Assembly (NCBI GenBank): GCA_021201815.1
Contig: JAJQEC010000135.1
Location: 937-64,936, forward strand
Source: Candidatus Azobacteroides sp.
Lineage (GTDB): Bacteria > Bacteroidota > Bacteroidia > Bacteroidales > WRGA01
DNA: 64,000 nt
Direction of reading: 5' to 3'
Shown here: one piece after another, positions 47,116 to 58,656 of the stretch
Layout: every line of letters begins with the position of its first letter
Numbering within the stretch: position 1 is the first letter of the stretch
Program-made: the position numbers and the translations under genes
The notes under the pieces: generated by a model
Seen by the model: only the letters and a program-made list of their open reading frames with translations
Told to the model about the DNA's origin: nothing
Databases searched by the model: none

Positions 47116-48171
47116 ATGATAGATAAAAATGCCAAAATATATATAGCTGGTCATGCCGGGATGGTCGGATCTGCTATTTATCGTAATTTGCAGGGGAAAG
47201 GATATGCTAATATCATAACCCGTGATTATCCGGAACTGGATTTGATTAATCAGGCTGAAGTAGAAGCTTTTTTTGCAGGAGAAAAGCCAGAGTATGTCGT
47301 ATTAGCCGCAGCTAAAGTTGGTGGTATTGTAGCAAATAATACCTATCGGGCACAATTTATATATGAAAATCTGATGATTCAAAATAACATTATTCACGCT
47401 TCTTATAAAAATGGTGTGAAAAAACTGTTATTTCTTGGTTCTTCTTGTATTTATCCCCGTTTGGCCCCTCAACCAATTAAAGAAGAATATCTGCTGACAG
47501 GTGAACTGGAACCGACAAATGAACCTTATGCAATTGCAAAAATAGCCGGTATAAAAATGTGTGAAGCTTATCATTCTCAATATGGTTCTAACTTTATCTC
47601 GGTTATGCCGACAAATTTATATGGAAAAAATGATAATTATGACCTTGAAAAAAGTCATGTATTACCAGCTTTAATTCGTAAAATGTATTTGGCTAAATGC
47701 TTAATGGCTGATGACTGGGTAGCCATTTGCAAAGATCTGAATAAGCGTCCTGTTGAAGGAGTATCCGGAGGAAATTCGGATTCGGAAATTTTGTCTATTC
47801 TGTCTAAATATGGTATATCAGGTAAAAATGTTACTTTGTGGGGAACAGGGGCTCCTTTGAGAGAATTTTTAAATGTTGAAGATATGGCCGATGCCTGTGT
47901 TTTCATGTTGCAGAATTATAATGCTCCTGATACATTTCCGGCTCATGTAAATATCGGTTTTGGGGAAGACTTAAGTATAAAAGAGTTAGCTGAAATTGTT
48001 AAAAACATTGTCGGTTATGACGGTGAGATTATATGGGATCGTACAAAACCGGACGGAACTCCGCGCAAACTAATGGATAGTTCGAAATTATATTCTCTTG
48101 GATGGAAGCCTCAAATATCTTTACCAGAAGGAATATCAGACGTATTTAAAAATTATCTTGAATACAAGTAA
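47116..48171 (+). CDS. fcl: GDP-L-fucose synthase
   Basis: [14 protein letters not shown]; YAIAKIAG YxxxK; directly follows gmd. Confidence 0.9.
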   Translation: MIDKNAKIYIAGHAGMVGSAIYRNLQGKGYANIITRDYPELDLINQAEVEAFFAGEKPEYVVLAAAKVGGIVANNTYRAQFIYENLMIQNNIIHASYKNGVKKLLFLGSSCIYPRLAPQPIKEEYLLTGELEPTNEPYAIAKIAGIKMCEAYHSQYGSNFISVMPTNLYGKNDNYDLEKSHVLPALIRKMYLAKCLMADDWVAICKDLNKRPVEGVSGGNSDSEILSILSKYGISGKNVTLWGTGAPLREFLNVEDMADACVFMLQNYNAPDTFPAHVNIGFGEDLSIKELAEIVKNIVGYDGEIIWDRTKPDGTPRKLMDSSKLYSLGWKPQISLPEGISDVFKNYLEYK

Positions 48172-48206
48172 GAAGATAATTTAAATAAAATCCTTATTTT
48201 AAAAAT

Positions 48207-48246
48207 AAAACACAAAGATTCTCTTTTGTATCTTTGTGTTTTTTAT
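48207..48246 (+). terminator. Terminator after fcl; its descending arm contains a -7 box TATCTTTG for lpxB
   Basis: ACACAAAGAT pairs with ATCTTTGTGT, followed by TTTTTTA. Confidence 0.55.
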
Positions 48247-48263
48247 TTTGAAATACAAATCAC

Positions 48264-49397
48264 ATGAAATATTACCTGATAGCAGGAGAAGCTTCCGGAG
48301 ATTTGCATGGTGCCAATCTTATGCAGGAAATAAAAGCATTGGATAAGAATGCAACGTTTCGTTTCTTTGGTGGGGATTTAATGGAATCTAAGGGAGGTTC
48401 TTTAGTAAAACATTACCGGGAAATGGCTTTTATGGGATTTATTCCTGTATTAATGAATTTGCGTACTATCATGTCAAATATGAGAGAGTGCAAAAACGAT
48501 ATTAAAGAGTTTGCTCCTGATGTTGTGATTCTTATAGACTATCCGGGATTTAATCTGAAGATTGCGAGATATGTTAAAAAAAAACTGGCATTACCTGTTT
48601 ATTATTATATATCTCCCAAAATATGGGCATGGAAGGAATATCGTATTCGTTCCATAAAAAGATATATTGATAAGGTATTCTCCATTCTACCTTTTGAAGT
48701 ACCTTTTTATGATAAATACAATTACAAAATAGATTATGTAGGTAACCCAAGTGTAGATTCTATTTACCAGAGAAGTTACCAAATGGAAACATTTGACGAA
48801 TTTACTTCTGTAAATAGTCTACCCGATAAACCTATTATTGCTCTTTTACCCGGAAGCAGAAAGCAGGAAATAAAATCAAATCTGAAAATTATGGTTGAAG
48901 TGGCTTCTGCTTTTGGTGAGTATCAGGTAGTTATTGCCGGAGCACCGGGGATAACAAAAGATTTTTATAATTCCCTTCCGTTTCTAAGAAATGTGCCGGT
49001 TGTTTTTGACCAAACTTACCGACTTTTACAACAGTCAGAAGCAGCACTGGTAACTTCCGGAACAGCTACCTTGGAAACGGCTCTGTTACGTGTTCCCCAA
49101 ATTGTTTGTTATAACCTTACCGGAGGATGGTTTACTTATAATTTCATTAAAGGCCTGTTACACATTCGTTACATTTCTTTAGTCAATTTAATTGCAGGGC
49201 GCGAAGTGGTAAAAGAATTAATCGGACATATGTTTTCAGTAAAGAGTATTCGTACAGAACTGGAACAAATACTTAGAAACCCCTCTTATTATGAGAATAT
49301 GTTAACCGGTTATAATGAAATAATTCATACATTAGGGAAGCCGGGAGCTTCTCGTAACACAGCAAAACTTATTGTCGATTCATTAATAAAAAAATAA
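48264..49397 (+). CDS. lpxB: Lipid-A-disaccharide synthase
   Basis: N-terminus YYLIAGEASGDLHGANLM; C-terminus VTSGTATLETALL. Confidence 0.95.
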   Translation: MKYYLIAGEASGDLHGANLMQEIKALDKNATFRFFGGDLMESKGGSLVKHYREMAFMGFIPVLMNLRTIMSNMRECKNDIKEFAPDVVILIDYPGFNLKIARYVKKKLALPVYYYISPKIWAWKEYRIRSIKRYIDKVFSILPFEVPFYDKYNYKIDYVGNPSVDSIYQRSYQMETFDEFTSVNSLPDKPIIALLPGSRKQEIKSNLKIMVEVASAFGEYQVVIAGAPGITKDFYNSLPFLRNVPVVFDQTYRLLQQSEAALVTSGTATLETALLRVPQIVCYNLTGGWFTYNFIKGLLHIRYISLVNLIAGREVVKELIGHMFSVKSIRTELEQILRNPSYYENMLTGYNEIIHTLGKPGASRNTAKLIVDSLIKK

Positions 49398-49573
49398 ATC
49401 ATATCGATTTTTTTACTAGAACATACGCTTTTTCCAAAAATGCCGTTATATAGATTATTGCTTTATTTTAAAAATAATAATTATTTGTGGGAAGGAATTC
49501 GTCGGAAAACAGGGGAATTAAAAAAACTTAATTAATTTTGTGCGTCAAATTTATTTAGTAAAAAGAATTTTCT

Positions 49574-50161
49574 GTGATAGAATATATTAAAGGGGAAATC
49601 GTAGAACTTACACCAGCAAGCACAGTATTGGAGAATAATAACATTGGTTATTTACTGCAAATTTCTCTTAATACATATGCTGCTATATCCGGTAAAAAAT
49701 CCTGCAAACTATATGTACATGAAGCTATCAGGGAAGATGCTTACAATTTATATGGATTTGCGGATAAAAATGAAAGAGATCTTTTTTTGCTGCTTATTAG
49801 CGTATCTGGAGTCGGTGCTAATACAGCTCGGATTATATTATCTTCTCTTTCCGTACCGGAGATAAAGTCTGCTATTGTATCAGATAATATCAATGCTTTG
49901 AAATCGGTAAAAGGTATTGGTGCAAAGACAGCTCAACGAATAATTGTTGATTTGAAAGATAAAGTAAAATTTACTGAAGGAGATGAAGCCTTAAATAAAC
50001 AGTTACCTCAACATAATCAGATAGCTGATGAAGCTGTTGCAGCACTGGTTATGCTTGGGTTTACGCAGGCAGCTTCACAAAAAGTGATATCAAAGATATC
50101 GAAAGAAAATCCTTTATTCACTGTAGAACAGATGATAAAGAATGCACTAAAAATGCTTTGA
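49574..50161 (+). CDS. ruvA: Holliday junction DNA helicase subunit RuvA (GTG start)
   Basis: MIEYIKGEI...; HhH motifs [14 protein letters not shown] and [14 protein letters not shown] -7 box TAATTTTG lies at 49533-49540. Confidence 0.95.
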   Translation: MIEYIKGEIVELTPASTVLENNNIGYLLQISLNTYAAISGKKSCKLYVHEAIREDAYNLYGFADKNERDLFLLLISVSGVGANTARIILSSLSVPEIKSAIVSDNINALKSVKGIGAKTAQRIIVDLKDKVKFTEGDEALNKQLPQHNQIADEAVAALVMLGFTQAASQKVISKISKENPLFTVEQMIKNALKML

Positions 50162-50202
50162 TAACAAACAGTTTTTTTATTTTATTTTAAAAGACTTCTT
50201 TC

Positions 50203-53200
50203 TTGAAAAAACGGAACCGCGCGATAATAGGAACTATGCTTGGCATTTGTGGAGTTATTTATTCTGCATTTGCTATTCGTCCGGCTGAGACTGAGGTATT
50301 TTCTGTTTCTTCGGAAACAGAGGAAAAACAGCAGTCTCCCCAACAGGATACGTTGCAGACCCGCTATCCGGTTTCGAAACCTACTATTGATTCATATCAG
50401 GATTTAAATCAGACAAATCCTCTGGATTTGGAAGAACCGGAAAATATTCATCAGGAGATAGAATTTGACCCGATCACCAATACCTATATTTTACGGTCGA
50501 AAGTCGGTGATATGGAAATCGGGACTCCTTTTATTTTTACTCCGGAAGAATATCAAGAATATAATTTACGGGAATCTTTAAGAAAATATTGGCAAAGTCA
50601 GCATGAATCTCCGGATGGATCAGATAAGAAAAAAAGGTCTCCTTTTTCTTTGACGGATATGAATTTTGATCTTGGTCCGGCTGAAAAAATATTTGGTCCT
50701 GGAGGGGTACAGATAAAAACGCAGGGATATGCCGAGATAACTTTTGGTATCCAAAACCGGATTCTGGACAATCCTACTACTTCCCAGAAGAATCGAAATA
50801 AAACTACTTTCAAGTTTGATGAAACAGTACAAATGAATGTAACTGCCAGTGTGGGAGATAAGTTGAATTTCGGCATGAATTACAATACAGATGCTACTTT
50901 TGATTTTGACCAGCAGCAGATTAAATTGCAATATGAAGGAAAAGAAGATGAGATCATCAAATATCTGGAAGCCGGTAATATAAGTATGTATACTACCAAT
51001 TCTTTGATAAGAGGTGGTTCTTCCTTGTTTGGTATCCGGGCTGATATGCAATTCGGAAAATTGAAGGTCAGTGCACTGGCTTCACAACAACAATCCCAGA
51101 CACAATCTGTAAGTCTGGATAAAGGAGCCCAACTGACCAGCTATGAAATTACAGCGGATCAGTATGATGAAAACCGACATTTCTTTTTTACGCATCATTT
51201 CCGGGATAATTATGATAAATGGATTTCAAAACTACCTTATATTACTTCCGGAATTCTTGTGAAAAAAATAGAAGTCTGGGTAACAAACAAACGGGCAAAT
51301 TATGAAGATGCACGAAGTATTATTGCTTTTGCAGATTTAGGTGAAAATAAAACTATAAAGAACCCGGGGCTTTGGGGTAATGGGATCGGAACTTTACCTG
51401 CAAATGCAGCTAATAATCTATATAGCAGGATGACCACCGAATTTTCAGGTGCACGTGATATCAGTAAAGTGACAGAAGTATTAGGAAGCCTGGAGAGTTC
51501 CGGATTTTATCAGGGTGTAGATTATGAAAAGATTGAAAACGCACGGAAGCTATCCGAATCAGAATATACTTACCATACAGAATTGGGATATATTTCCTTG
51601 AATACGGCTTTACAGCCGGATGAAGTATTGGCTGTCGCGGTTCAGTATACTTATCAGGGAAAAGAGTATCAGATAGGTGAATTTTCATCTGATAATATTC
51701 CGGCAGCACAGGCATTATTCCTGAAATTGCTTAAAAATACGAATTTATCTCCTAATGCTCCTACCTGGAATCTTATGATGAAAAATATATATTCCCTTGG
51801 AGCTTATCAGGTACAAGCGGACAGGTTTGTTTTGAATGTTGCTTATCAAAGTGATACCGCAGGAGTTTATCTGAATTATATTCCCGAAACCATAGCGGGT
51901 AAAACTAATCAGACATGGCTGCGATTATTGAATCTGGATCGCTTGAATAGTACAAATAAACCTCAACCGGATGGCTTCTTCGATTTTGTAGAGGGATATA
52001 CCGTAAATGCTCAGAACGGAAGAATTATCTTCCCAATGGTAGAGCCTTTTGGTGAAGGATTAAGAGAAGCAATTGGAAATGATGAAATCGCTAATAAATA
52101 TATTTATCAGGAATTATATGATTCGACATTAACAGTCGCCCGGCAAATTGCAGAAAAGAATAAATTTATTCTCAGAGGGGAATATAAAGGAAATTCCAGT
52201 GATGTCATCCAGTTGAATGGAACGAATATACCCCGAGGATCGGTAACTGTGACGGCCGGAGGTGTTACTCTGGTAGAAGGTACTGACTATACGGTAAATT
52301 ACACTATGGGAGAGGTACGGATAATCAATCCGAGTATTTTAAGTGCCGGAAATTCTATTACAGCTTCTTATGAAAGTCAGTCCCTCTTCAATCTCCAACG
52401 TAAAACCTTGTTAGGGCTGAATGTGAGTTATGACTTTTCGGAGAATTTTAGTATTGGAGGTACTATTATGAATTTGACGGAGAAGCCCCTGACAACAAAA
52501 GTAAATGTCGGTGATGAATCTGTAAATAACACTTTATGGGGGTTAAATACTTCTTTCAGAACACAATCGCAGGTATTAACCAATTTGATAGATAAACTGC
52601 CATTTGTGGAAGCTACTGCGCCTTCCCAAATTTCTTTGAATGCGGAATTTGCCCAACTTATACCCGGACATGCCGGAGGGATCAGTTATTCTTATATTGA
52701 TGACTTTGAATCTACACAAACCGGATGGTCGTTGACAAGTCCTTATGAATGGTCTTTAGCATCTACTCCGAAAAAATTTCCCGAGGCAGATGCTTCAGGT
52801 AAAATTGAGTATGGGATGAATCGGTCTTTATTGGCCTGGTATATTATTGATGGAATGTTTACTAATCGTAATTCTTCTCTGACTCCCTCTCACATTAAAA
52901 ATGACCTGGATCAATTATCCGATCCCCGGGTGAGAGAAGTTTACCAGACTGAGTTATTCCCGGATAAGGAAACCTTATATAATGAAGCTTCTACTTTATC
53001 TATATTTAACCTTGCTTTTTATCCACAAGAAAGAGGTCCTTACAACTTGGATACAAAAGAGATAGATCCTGAAACAGGTTTTCTGACTAATCCAAAAAAA
53101 AGGTGGGGAGGGATAATGAGAAGAGTACATTCTTCTTATACGGATTTTGAAAAAAATAATTTCGAATATATTGAATTCTGGCTTATGGATCCTTTCCGTA

Positions 53201-56200
53201 CTTCTACAGGAAAAGCCGGCGGAGAGTTGTATTTTGATCTGGGAGATATTTCAGAAGATATCTTGAAAGACGGAAAGAAGTTTTATGAAAACGGAATAGT
53301 TGGAGATGGGGATATGTCGAAAGTTGAAGAGACAGTCTGGGGATATGTGCCTACCCGTCAGGCGTTGGTATATGCGTTCGATTCACAAGTAGATATCAGA
53401 AAACAGGATGTCGGATTAAATGGATTGTCTACAGAGCAGGAATTTGAATTCAGTACCTATAAAAATTACCTGGATGAGTTGCGTCGGACATTGACTCCTG
53501 CAGCTATTGCAAGGATGGAGCAAGATCAGTTTTCTCCGTTCAATGACCCGGCGGGGGATAATTACCACCATTTCCGGGGTGCCGATTATGATGAAAAACA
53601 GGCCAGTATTTTAGAACGTTATAAAAGATATAATGGTACGGAAGGTAATTCCGTGAATCTGAATGAAAATTCCGGTGGGTATACTACTGCTGCTAAGGTA
53701 GGACCGGATGTGGAAGATATCAATGAGGACTTTACCCTGAATGAGCTGGAACAATATTTCCAGTATAAAGTAGAAATTGATCCGGACAAAATGTATGTCG
53801 GACAAAATTTTATTACGGATGTAAAAACAAGGCGTGTACAACTAAGAAATGGAGAAACTGAAGATGTGAATTGGTATCAGTTTAAGATTCCTCTCCAGAA
53901 TTATACCAGTAAAGAAGGAAATATCAGCAATTTCAAATCTATCCGATTTATCCGTATGTTCCTTACTCAATTTGAAGATACAACGGTATTACGTTTCGGA
54001 ACACTACAATTAGTGCGGGGCGAATGGAGAAAATATGAGCAAGATTTGAATAATCCTAATTTGGAGCCTATTGATGATCGTACTTTACTGGAAGTTTATT
54101 CTGTAAATCTGGAAGAGAACGGATCCCGTAAGCCGGTGAATTATGTACTTCCTCCCGGGATTTCCCGAGTACTGGATCCAAGCCAGCCTCAGCTCAGACA
54201 GAATAATGAACAATCGTTATCTCTTCGTGTATCCCGGCTTTCACCCGGAGATGCCCGTGCAGTTTATAAAAGCTTCACGTACGATATGCGTCAGTATAAA
54301 CGATTACAGATGTTTGTACATGCGGAGAAATTTGTAGATGATACCGATCTTTCCGATGGGCAAATGGCCGTATTTATTCGTTTGGGCTCCGATTATAAAA
54401 ATAACTACTATGAATATGAAGTTCCTGTAAATTTGACTCCGGAAAGAAGCGATTATAATACTTATAATACATCTGATCAGCTTGCTGTATGGCCTTCTGA
54501 AAATATGATAGATCTTCTTTTTGAAAAGTTTACGGATCTAAAACTTGAACGGAATGAAGAAAAACGCAAAGATGGTTCAAATGTTACTTTTACAACAGCC
54601 TATTCGGTGTATGATTCGGATAAGCCCCGGAATAAAATAACGGTGATGGGTAATCCTTCTTTATCGGAAGTGAAAACAATTATGATCGGAGTTCGTAATA
54701 ATTCAAACACAACTAAATCTGTCGAAGTCTGGGTAAATGAACTCCGGCTTACGGATTTTAATGAAGATGGAGGATGGGCTGCCCGTGGTAACCTGAATAT
54801 CGGTCTTTCCGATATTGGTATGATTAATTTGGGAGCACATATCGAAACTGTCGGTTTCGGAGGAATTGAAGAAAGCGTCAGTCAGAGGAGATTGGATGAT
54901 TATTACCTGTATAATTTTACGGCTTCTTTGGAGTTAGGAAGATTTTTACCTAAAGCTGCAAAAATTACGGCTCCTTTTTATTATTCCTATTCCAAGCAGA
55001 TTAATAACCCTAAGTATAATCCTTTAGATGGTGATATTTTATTGAAATTATCTTTGGATGCCGCAAAAACAAAAGCAGAAAAAGATTCCATAAAAAATCT
55101 TGCCCAGGATAAAATAACGAATTCAAGTTTGAGTCTCTCCGGTTTCCGGGTAAATATACAAAGCAAGAATCCGATGCCTTATGATCCTGCTAACTTTTCC
55201 TTTTCTTATTCCCGGAATTCTTCCAGAAGTCAGGATGCTTCTACGGCATGGGAACTTACAAAAGATTTCCGTTTTGATATGTTATATTCCTATTCGCCTG
55301 CAATAAAACCCTGGGAACCATTTTCCGGAAATAAAAGTAAATCTCCTTTTATGAAACCGATACAGGCAATTAATCTGAATTATATCCCAAATAGTTTCAG
55401 CTTTAATTCCTCTTTGTACAGAAATTATTATGAAATCCAGTTACGGGATATGTCTGATCCTGGAAGTACAAATTATGAGAATGTTCCTATTTCCTATAAA
55501 ACTGAATTTTACTGGAACCGGGGTTTTGATGTCCGTTGGGATATTTCTCGTTCTTTGCAGGTTTCTTTTAATAATAATACAATGGCTGAAATTCTGGAGC
55601 CTAATGTTGTTGTAAATAAAGAATTATATCCGGATGAATATAAAATATGGAAAGATTCCGTATGGCAGAGTATCCGTAATTTCGGTGACCCTTTATCATA
55701 TGCGCAAACATTTAATGTAACTTATAATTTGCCCTTCGGAGTCATTCCGATTATGGATTGGGTAACTTCTACCGTAAAATATACAGCAACTTATACATGG
55801 GACAGAGGTTCGTATATTGAAGAAGATATTGATTTAGGAAATACGATTAATAGTAATCGAAGTTTCCAGATAGACGGAACTTTTAATCTGGAAAAATTAT
55901 ACAATAAATCTCCTTTCCTGAAAAAAGCAAATGATAAATTCAGTCAACGTTCAACACAAACTAGGCAGCAGCCTCGAAGACCTGCACCGAAAAAGTTTGA
56001 ACAACAGATAACACTATCAGTAGATTCAACCATTACTGTTACTCATAATCTTAAAACCAAAAATATCCGGGTAAGAGCATTAAGACCGGATAGTACTGTT
56101 TATCCTATTAAATATAAAAAAGTGGGTAATAATGCAATCAGGATACAAAATATGGATTCGCTTGCTTTGAATATAAGTATTGTAGAAGGCCCGGATCCGG

Positions 56201-57627
56201 GAGAATCTCTTTGGTATAAAATCGCTCAATACGGAGCTCGTGGACTGATGATGTTCCGAAGAGCTACTATTATGTATAATGAGACAAATACAGTTCAGTT
56301 ACCCGGCTTTATGCCTGGTATCGGTGATTTCTTTGGACAGGCAAACGGAGCACCGGGGTGGGATTTTGCTTTTGGTTTTATTGATGGGTACGACTATGTA
56401 ATGGACGCATATGATAAAGGTTGGCTGACAAATAATGAAAATGTAACAACTCCGGCGGTACTGAATTATAGTAAGGATTTTTCCGCTACTCTGGCTATTG
56501 AGCCGATAAAAGGACTGAAGATCGATCTGAACGGACGTTGGAATCATATCGATTATACTCAAGTTCAATATATGTATACCGATGACTATGGAAAGATGCC
56601 TGAAACAAGAGGTGGGAATTTTACGATGACCACTATTGCCCTGAAATCTGCTTTCCTTTCTTCTAATGGACATAGCTCCGAAGCATTTAACCGGTTTCTT
56701 GAGAATAGGGAAATAATAATAAACAGGATTACTAACATGTTTAACAGCGTAGAATATCCTGCTGGTATATTTGATGGGTATAATGGAGCGTATTCTGATA
56801 ATCCGACAGCAGTAGATCCGAATTCTCCGGAAGTAATGATTCCTGCATTTCTGGCTGCTTATACCACCGGAGATCCGAATTCCATAAAATTGACAGCCTT
56901 ACCTTCTTTGGCAAGTATGCTTCCTAACTGGAAGATATCCTATGATGGACTTTCTAATATTCCATGGATAAAGCAACGGTTTAAATCGGTTACATTAAAC
57001 CATAGTTATCGTTGTACCTATAATGTCGGTTCCTATACTACATACCAAAGCTGGGTGCCTGTGGATAGTCAGAATGAGCTCGGATTTCTTCCGGATGTGC
57101 AGGACCAGCGTCCGGTACCTTCTTTCCAGTATGATATTGCTTCGGTAAGTGTGACAGAATCTTTTGCTCCTTTAATTGGGGTAACAGTTACTTTCATAAA
57201 TAACATCAGTTGTACTGCGGAATATAAAAGAACAAGAACATTAAGTCTTAATATGTCTAACAGCCAGATTCTGGAAGCATTAGGGAATGAATTTGTCCTG
57301 GGACTGGGGTATAAGATTACTAATTTTAATAATGTATTAAAAATGAATCCTTCCAAAAATGTAAATCATGATTTAACTGTTAGGGCGGATGTATCTTATA
57401 ATCGAAATGAATCTATTGTTCGTAAAATAGAAGAAGAATATAGTGATCCGGTAAGTGGTACCCAAACTTGGGTAATTAAACTGGCTGCAGATTACAATTT
57501 CAGTAAAGCCCTTACGATAAGAGCTTATTTTGACAGGCAGATGAATACCCCATTGGTGTCCTCCACCTCATATCCGATAACGACTACCGACTTCGGTATT
57601 GCGATGAGGTTCTCATTAACCAGATAG
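50203..57627 (+). CDS. sprA: T9SS translocon / gliding-motility protein SprA
   Basis: 2474-aa outer-membrane giant with an N-terminal signal/TM. The size, the composition typical of SprA and the position after ruvA fit the common Bacteroidota arrangement I recall. TTG start. Confidence 0.9.
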   Translation: MKKRNRAIIGTMLGICGVIYSAFAIRPAETEVFSVSSETEEKQQSPQQDTLQTRYPVSKPTIDSYQDLNQTNPLDLEEPENIHQEIEFDPITNTYILRSKVGDMEIGTPFIFTPEEYQEYNLRESLRKYWQSQHESPDGSDKKKRSPFSLTDMNFDLGPAEKIFGPGGVQIKTQGYAEITFGIQNRILDNPTTSQKNRNKTTFKFDETVQMNVTASVGDKLNFGMNYNTDATFDFDQQQIKLQYEGKEDEIIKYLEAGNISMYTTNSLIRGGSSLFGIRADMQFGKLKVSALASQQQSQTQSVSLDKGAQLTSYEITADQYDENRHFFFTHHFRDNYDKWISKLPYITSGILVKKIEVWVTNKRANYEDARSIIAFADLGENKTIKNPGLWGNGIGTLPANAANNLYSRMTTEFSGARDISKVTEVLGSLESSGFYQGVDYEKIENARKLSESEYTYHTELGYISLNTALQPDEVLAVAVQYTYQGKEYQIGEFSSDNIPAAQALFLKLLKNTNLSPNAPTWNLMMKNIYSLGAYQVQADRFVLNVAYQSDTAGVYLNYIPETIAGKTNQTWLRLLNLDRLNSTNKPQPDGFFDFVEGYTVNAQNGRIIFPMVEPFGEGLREAIGNDEIANKYIYQELYDSTLTVARQIAEKNKFILRGEYKGNSSDVIQLNGTNIPRGSVTVTAGGVTLVEGTDYTVNYTMGEVRIINPSILSAGNSITASYESQSLFNLQRKTLLGLNVSYDFSENFSIGGTIMNLTEKPLTTKVNVGDESVNNTLWGLNTSFRTQSQVLTNLIDKLPFVEATAPSQISLNAEFAQLIPGHAGGISYSYIDDFESTQTGWSLTSPYEWSLASTPKKFPEADASGKIEYGMNRSLLAWYIIDGMFTNRNSSLTPSHIKNDLDQLSDPRVREVYQTELFPDKETLYNEASTLSIFNLAFYPQERGPYNLDTKEIDPETGFLTNPKKRWGGIMRRVHSSYTDFEKNNFEYIEFWLMDPFRTSTGKAGGELYFDLGDISEDILKDGKKFYENGIVGDGDMSKVEETVWGYVPTRQALVYAFDSQVDIRKQDVGLNGLSTEQEFEFSTYKNYLDELRRTLTPAAIARMEQDQFSPFNDPAGDNYHHFRGADYDEKQASILERYKRYNGTEGNSVNLNENSGGYTTAAKVGPDVEDINEDFTLNELEQYFQYKVEIDPDKMYVGQNFITDVKTRRVQLRNGETEDVNWYQFKIPLQNYTSKEGNISNFKSIRFIRMFLTQFEDTTVLRFGTLQLVRGEWRKYEQDLNNPNLEPIDDRTLLEVYSVNLEENGSRKPVNYVLPPGISRVLDPSQPQLRQNNEQSLSLRVSRLSPGDARAVYKSFTYDMRQYKRLQMFVHAEKFVDDTDLSDGQMAVFIRLGSDYKNNYYEYEVPVNLTPERSDYNTYNTSDQLAVWPSENMIDLLFEKFTDLKLERNEEKRKDGSNVTFTTAYSVYDSDKPRNKITVMGNPSLSEVKTIMIGVRNNSNTTKSVEVWVNELRLTDFNEDGGWAARGNLNIGLSDIGMINLGAHIETVGFGGIEESVSQRRLDDYYLYNFTASLELGRFLPKAAKITAPFYYSYSKQINNPKYNPLDGDILLKLSLDAAKTKAEKDSIKNLAQDKITNSSLSLSGFRVNIQSKNPMPYDPANFSFSYSRNSSRSQDASTAWELTKDFRFDMLYSYSPAIKPWEPFSGNKSKSPFMKPIQAINLNYIPNSFSFNSSLYRNYYEIQLRDMSDPGSTNYENVPISYKTEFYWNRGFDVRWDISRSLQVSFNNNTMAEILEPNVVVNKELYPDEYKIWKDSVWQSIRNFGDPLSYAQTFNVTYNLPFGVIPIMDWVTSTVKYTATYTWDRGSYIEEDIDLGNTINSNRSFQIDGTFNLEKLYNKSPFLKKANDKFSQRSTQTRQQPRRPAPKKFEQQITLSVDSTITVTHNLKTKNIRVRALRPDSTVYPIKYKKVGNNAIRIQNMDSLALNISIVEGPDPGESLWYKIAQYGARGLMMFRRATIMYNETNTVQLPGFMPGIGDFFGQANGAPGWDFAFGFIDGYDYVMDAYDKGWLTNNENVTTPAVLNYSKDFSATLAIEPIKGLKIDLNGRWNHIDYTQVQYMYTDDYGKMPETRGGNFTMTTIALKSAFLSSNGHSSEAFNRFLENREIIINRITNMFNSVEYPAGIFDGYNGAYSDNPTAVDPNSPEVMIPAFLAAYTTGDPNSIKLTALPSLASMLPNWKISYDGLSNIPWIKQRFKSVTLNHSYRCTYNVGSYTTYQSWVPVDSQNELGFLPDVQDQRPVPSFQYDIASVSVTESFAPLIGVTVTFINNISCTAEYKRTRTLSLNMSNSQILEALGNEFVLGLGYKITNFNNVLKMNPSKNVNHDLTVRADVSYNRNESIVRKIEEEYSDPVSGTQTWVIKLAADYNFSKALTIRAYFDRQMNTPLVSSTSYPITTTDFGIAMRFSLTR

Positions 57628-57857
57628 TAAATACTATTCGGGAAGTACTCTGCAATAAAGACGATGGATTTTGAGAATAGTGTAAAAAGATAAAATCAGG
57701 AAAGGGAAATAAAATCAAAAAAATAGTTAATAAAGAATTCCTGCAAGAAAGTCTTAATTCTTAATTGACTTTGTCAATTCTTTAACTCCTTAGTTCTTGA
57801 TTCTAAAAAATCTCCGATTTATTTAAAAGATTTTTTTGTATAAGATATAAAAATGTA

Positions 57858-57865
57858 TATCTTTG
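57858..57865 (+). promoter_or_regulatory. -7 promoter box TATCTTTG upstream of rpmB
   Basis: TAnnTTTG match 50 nt upstream of ATG 57915. Confidence 0.45.
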
Positions 57866-57914
57866 CACACCAATTTCAGAAAGTTAAGAATATAATATAA
57901 AAGTTCGCATAACA

Positions 57915-58154
57915 ATGTCTAAAATTTGTCAAATTACCGGAAAGAAAGCAATGGTTGGCAATAATGTTTCTCACTCGAAGAGAAGAACAAAGAGAAAATT
58001 CAATGTCAACTTATTCACCAAAAAATTCTACTGGGTAGAAGAAGATTGCTGGATCAGCCTCACTATCTCTGCTGCAGGCTTACGTACAATAAATAAAAAG
58101 GGGTTAAATGCTGCTATAAAAGATGCTGCCGAAAAAGGCTATCTTGGAGCATAA
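57915..58154 (+). CDS. rpmB: 50S ribosomal protein L28
   Basis: [29 protein letters not shown]. Confidence 0.95.
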   Translation: MSKICQITGKKAMVGNNVSHSKRRTKRKFNVNLFTKKFYWVEEDCWISLTISAAGLRTINKKGLNAAIKDAAEKGYLGA

Positions 58155-58177
58155 ATAATTGATGGGAGATCAGAAAA

Positions 58178-58366
58178 ATGGCAAAAAAAGCAAAAGGAAA
58201 CAGAATTCAGGTAATAATGGAATGTACAGAGCATAAAGAAAGCGGTATGCCAGGTACTTCAAGATATATTACAACTAAAAACAGGAAAAATACAACTGAA
58301 CGTCTTGAATTAAGAAAATACAATCCTGTATTAAGAAAAGTAACAGTTCATAAAGAAATTAAATAA
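58178..58366 (+). CDS. rpmG: 50S ribosomal protein L33
   Basis: [19 protein letters not shown]...[21 protein letters not shown]. Confidence 0.95.
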   Translation: MAKKAKGNRIQVIMECTEHKESGMPGTSRYITTKNRKNTTERLELRKYNPVLRKVTVHKEIK

Positions 58367-58377
58367 GGAATTTAAAG

Positions 58378-58530
58378 ATGGCAAAGAAAGCAGTTGCAAC
58401 ATTGAGAACCGGTGATGGCCGTAACTTTTCAAAAGTGATTAAAATGGTCAAATCTCCGAAAACCGGTGCTTACACATTTCAGGAAGAAATTGTAATCAAG
58501 GATAATGTAAATGATTTTTTTAAATCATAA
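58378..58530 (+). CDS. DUF4295-type small basic protein; 50 aa, so absent from the ORF track
   Basis: My own translation: MAKKAVATLRTGDGRNFSKVIKMVKSPKTGAYTFQEEIVIKDNVNDFFKS. It starts 12 nt after the rpmG stop. The rpmB-rpmG-DUF4295-ftsY order is conserved in Bacteroidota as I recall it. Confidence 0.7.
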   Translation: MAKKAVATLRTGDGRNFSKVIKMVKSPKTGAYTFQEEIVIKDNVNDFFKS

Positions 58531-58552
58531 GTAAAATATTTCTTTTCAAAGG

Positions 58553-58597
58553 AACTTCCTATTGGACATTTTTGTTTAATAGGAAGTTTTTGTTTTT
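58553..58597 (+). terminator. Terminator of the rpmB-rpmG operon
   Basis: AACTTCCTATT (58553-58563) pairs with AATAGGAAGTT (58578-58588), followed by TTTTGTTTTT. Confidence 0.6.
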
Positions 58598-58656
58598 CTT
58601 ATAATTCCTTATCTTTGTAAGGCTACCAAAAATAGTAGTCAATAAATAGTTACAGT

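Noticed and set aside
50203-57627. Possibility that the giant ORF is something other than SprA, such as an adhesin or a polymorphic toxin
   Set aside because: It has no repeats, no toxin or Rhs motifs and no CTD. Its size, beta-rich composition and position after ruvA fit SprA.
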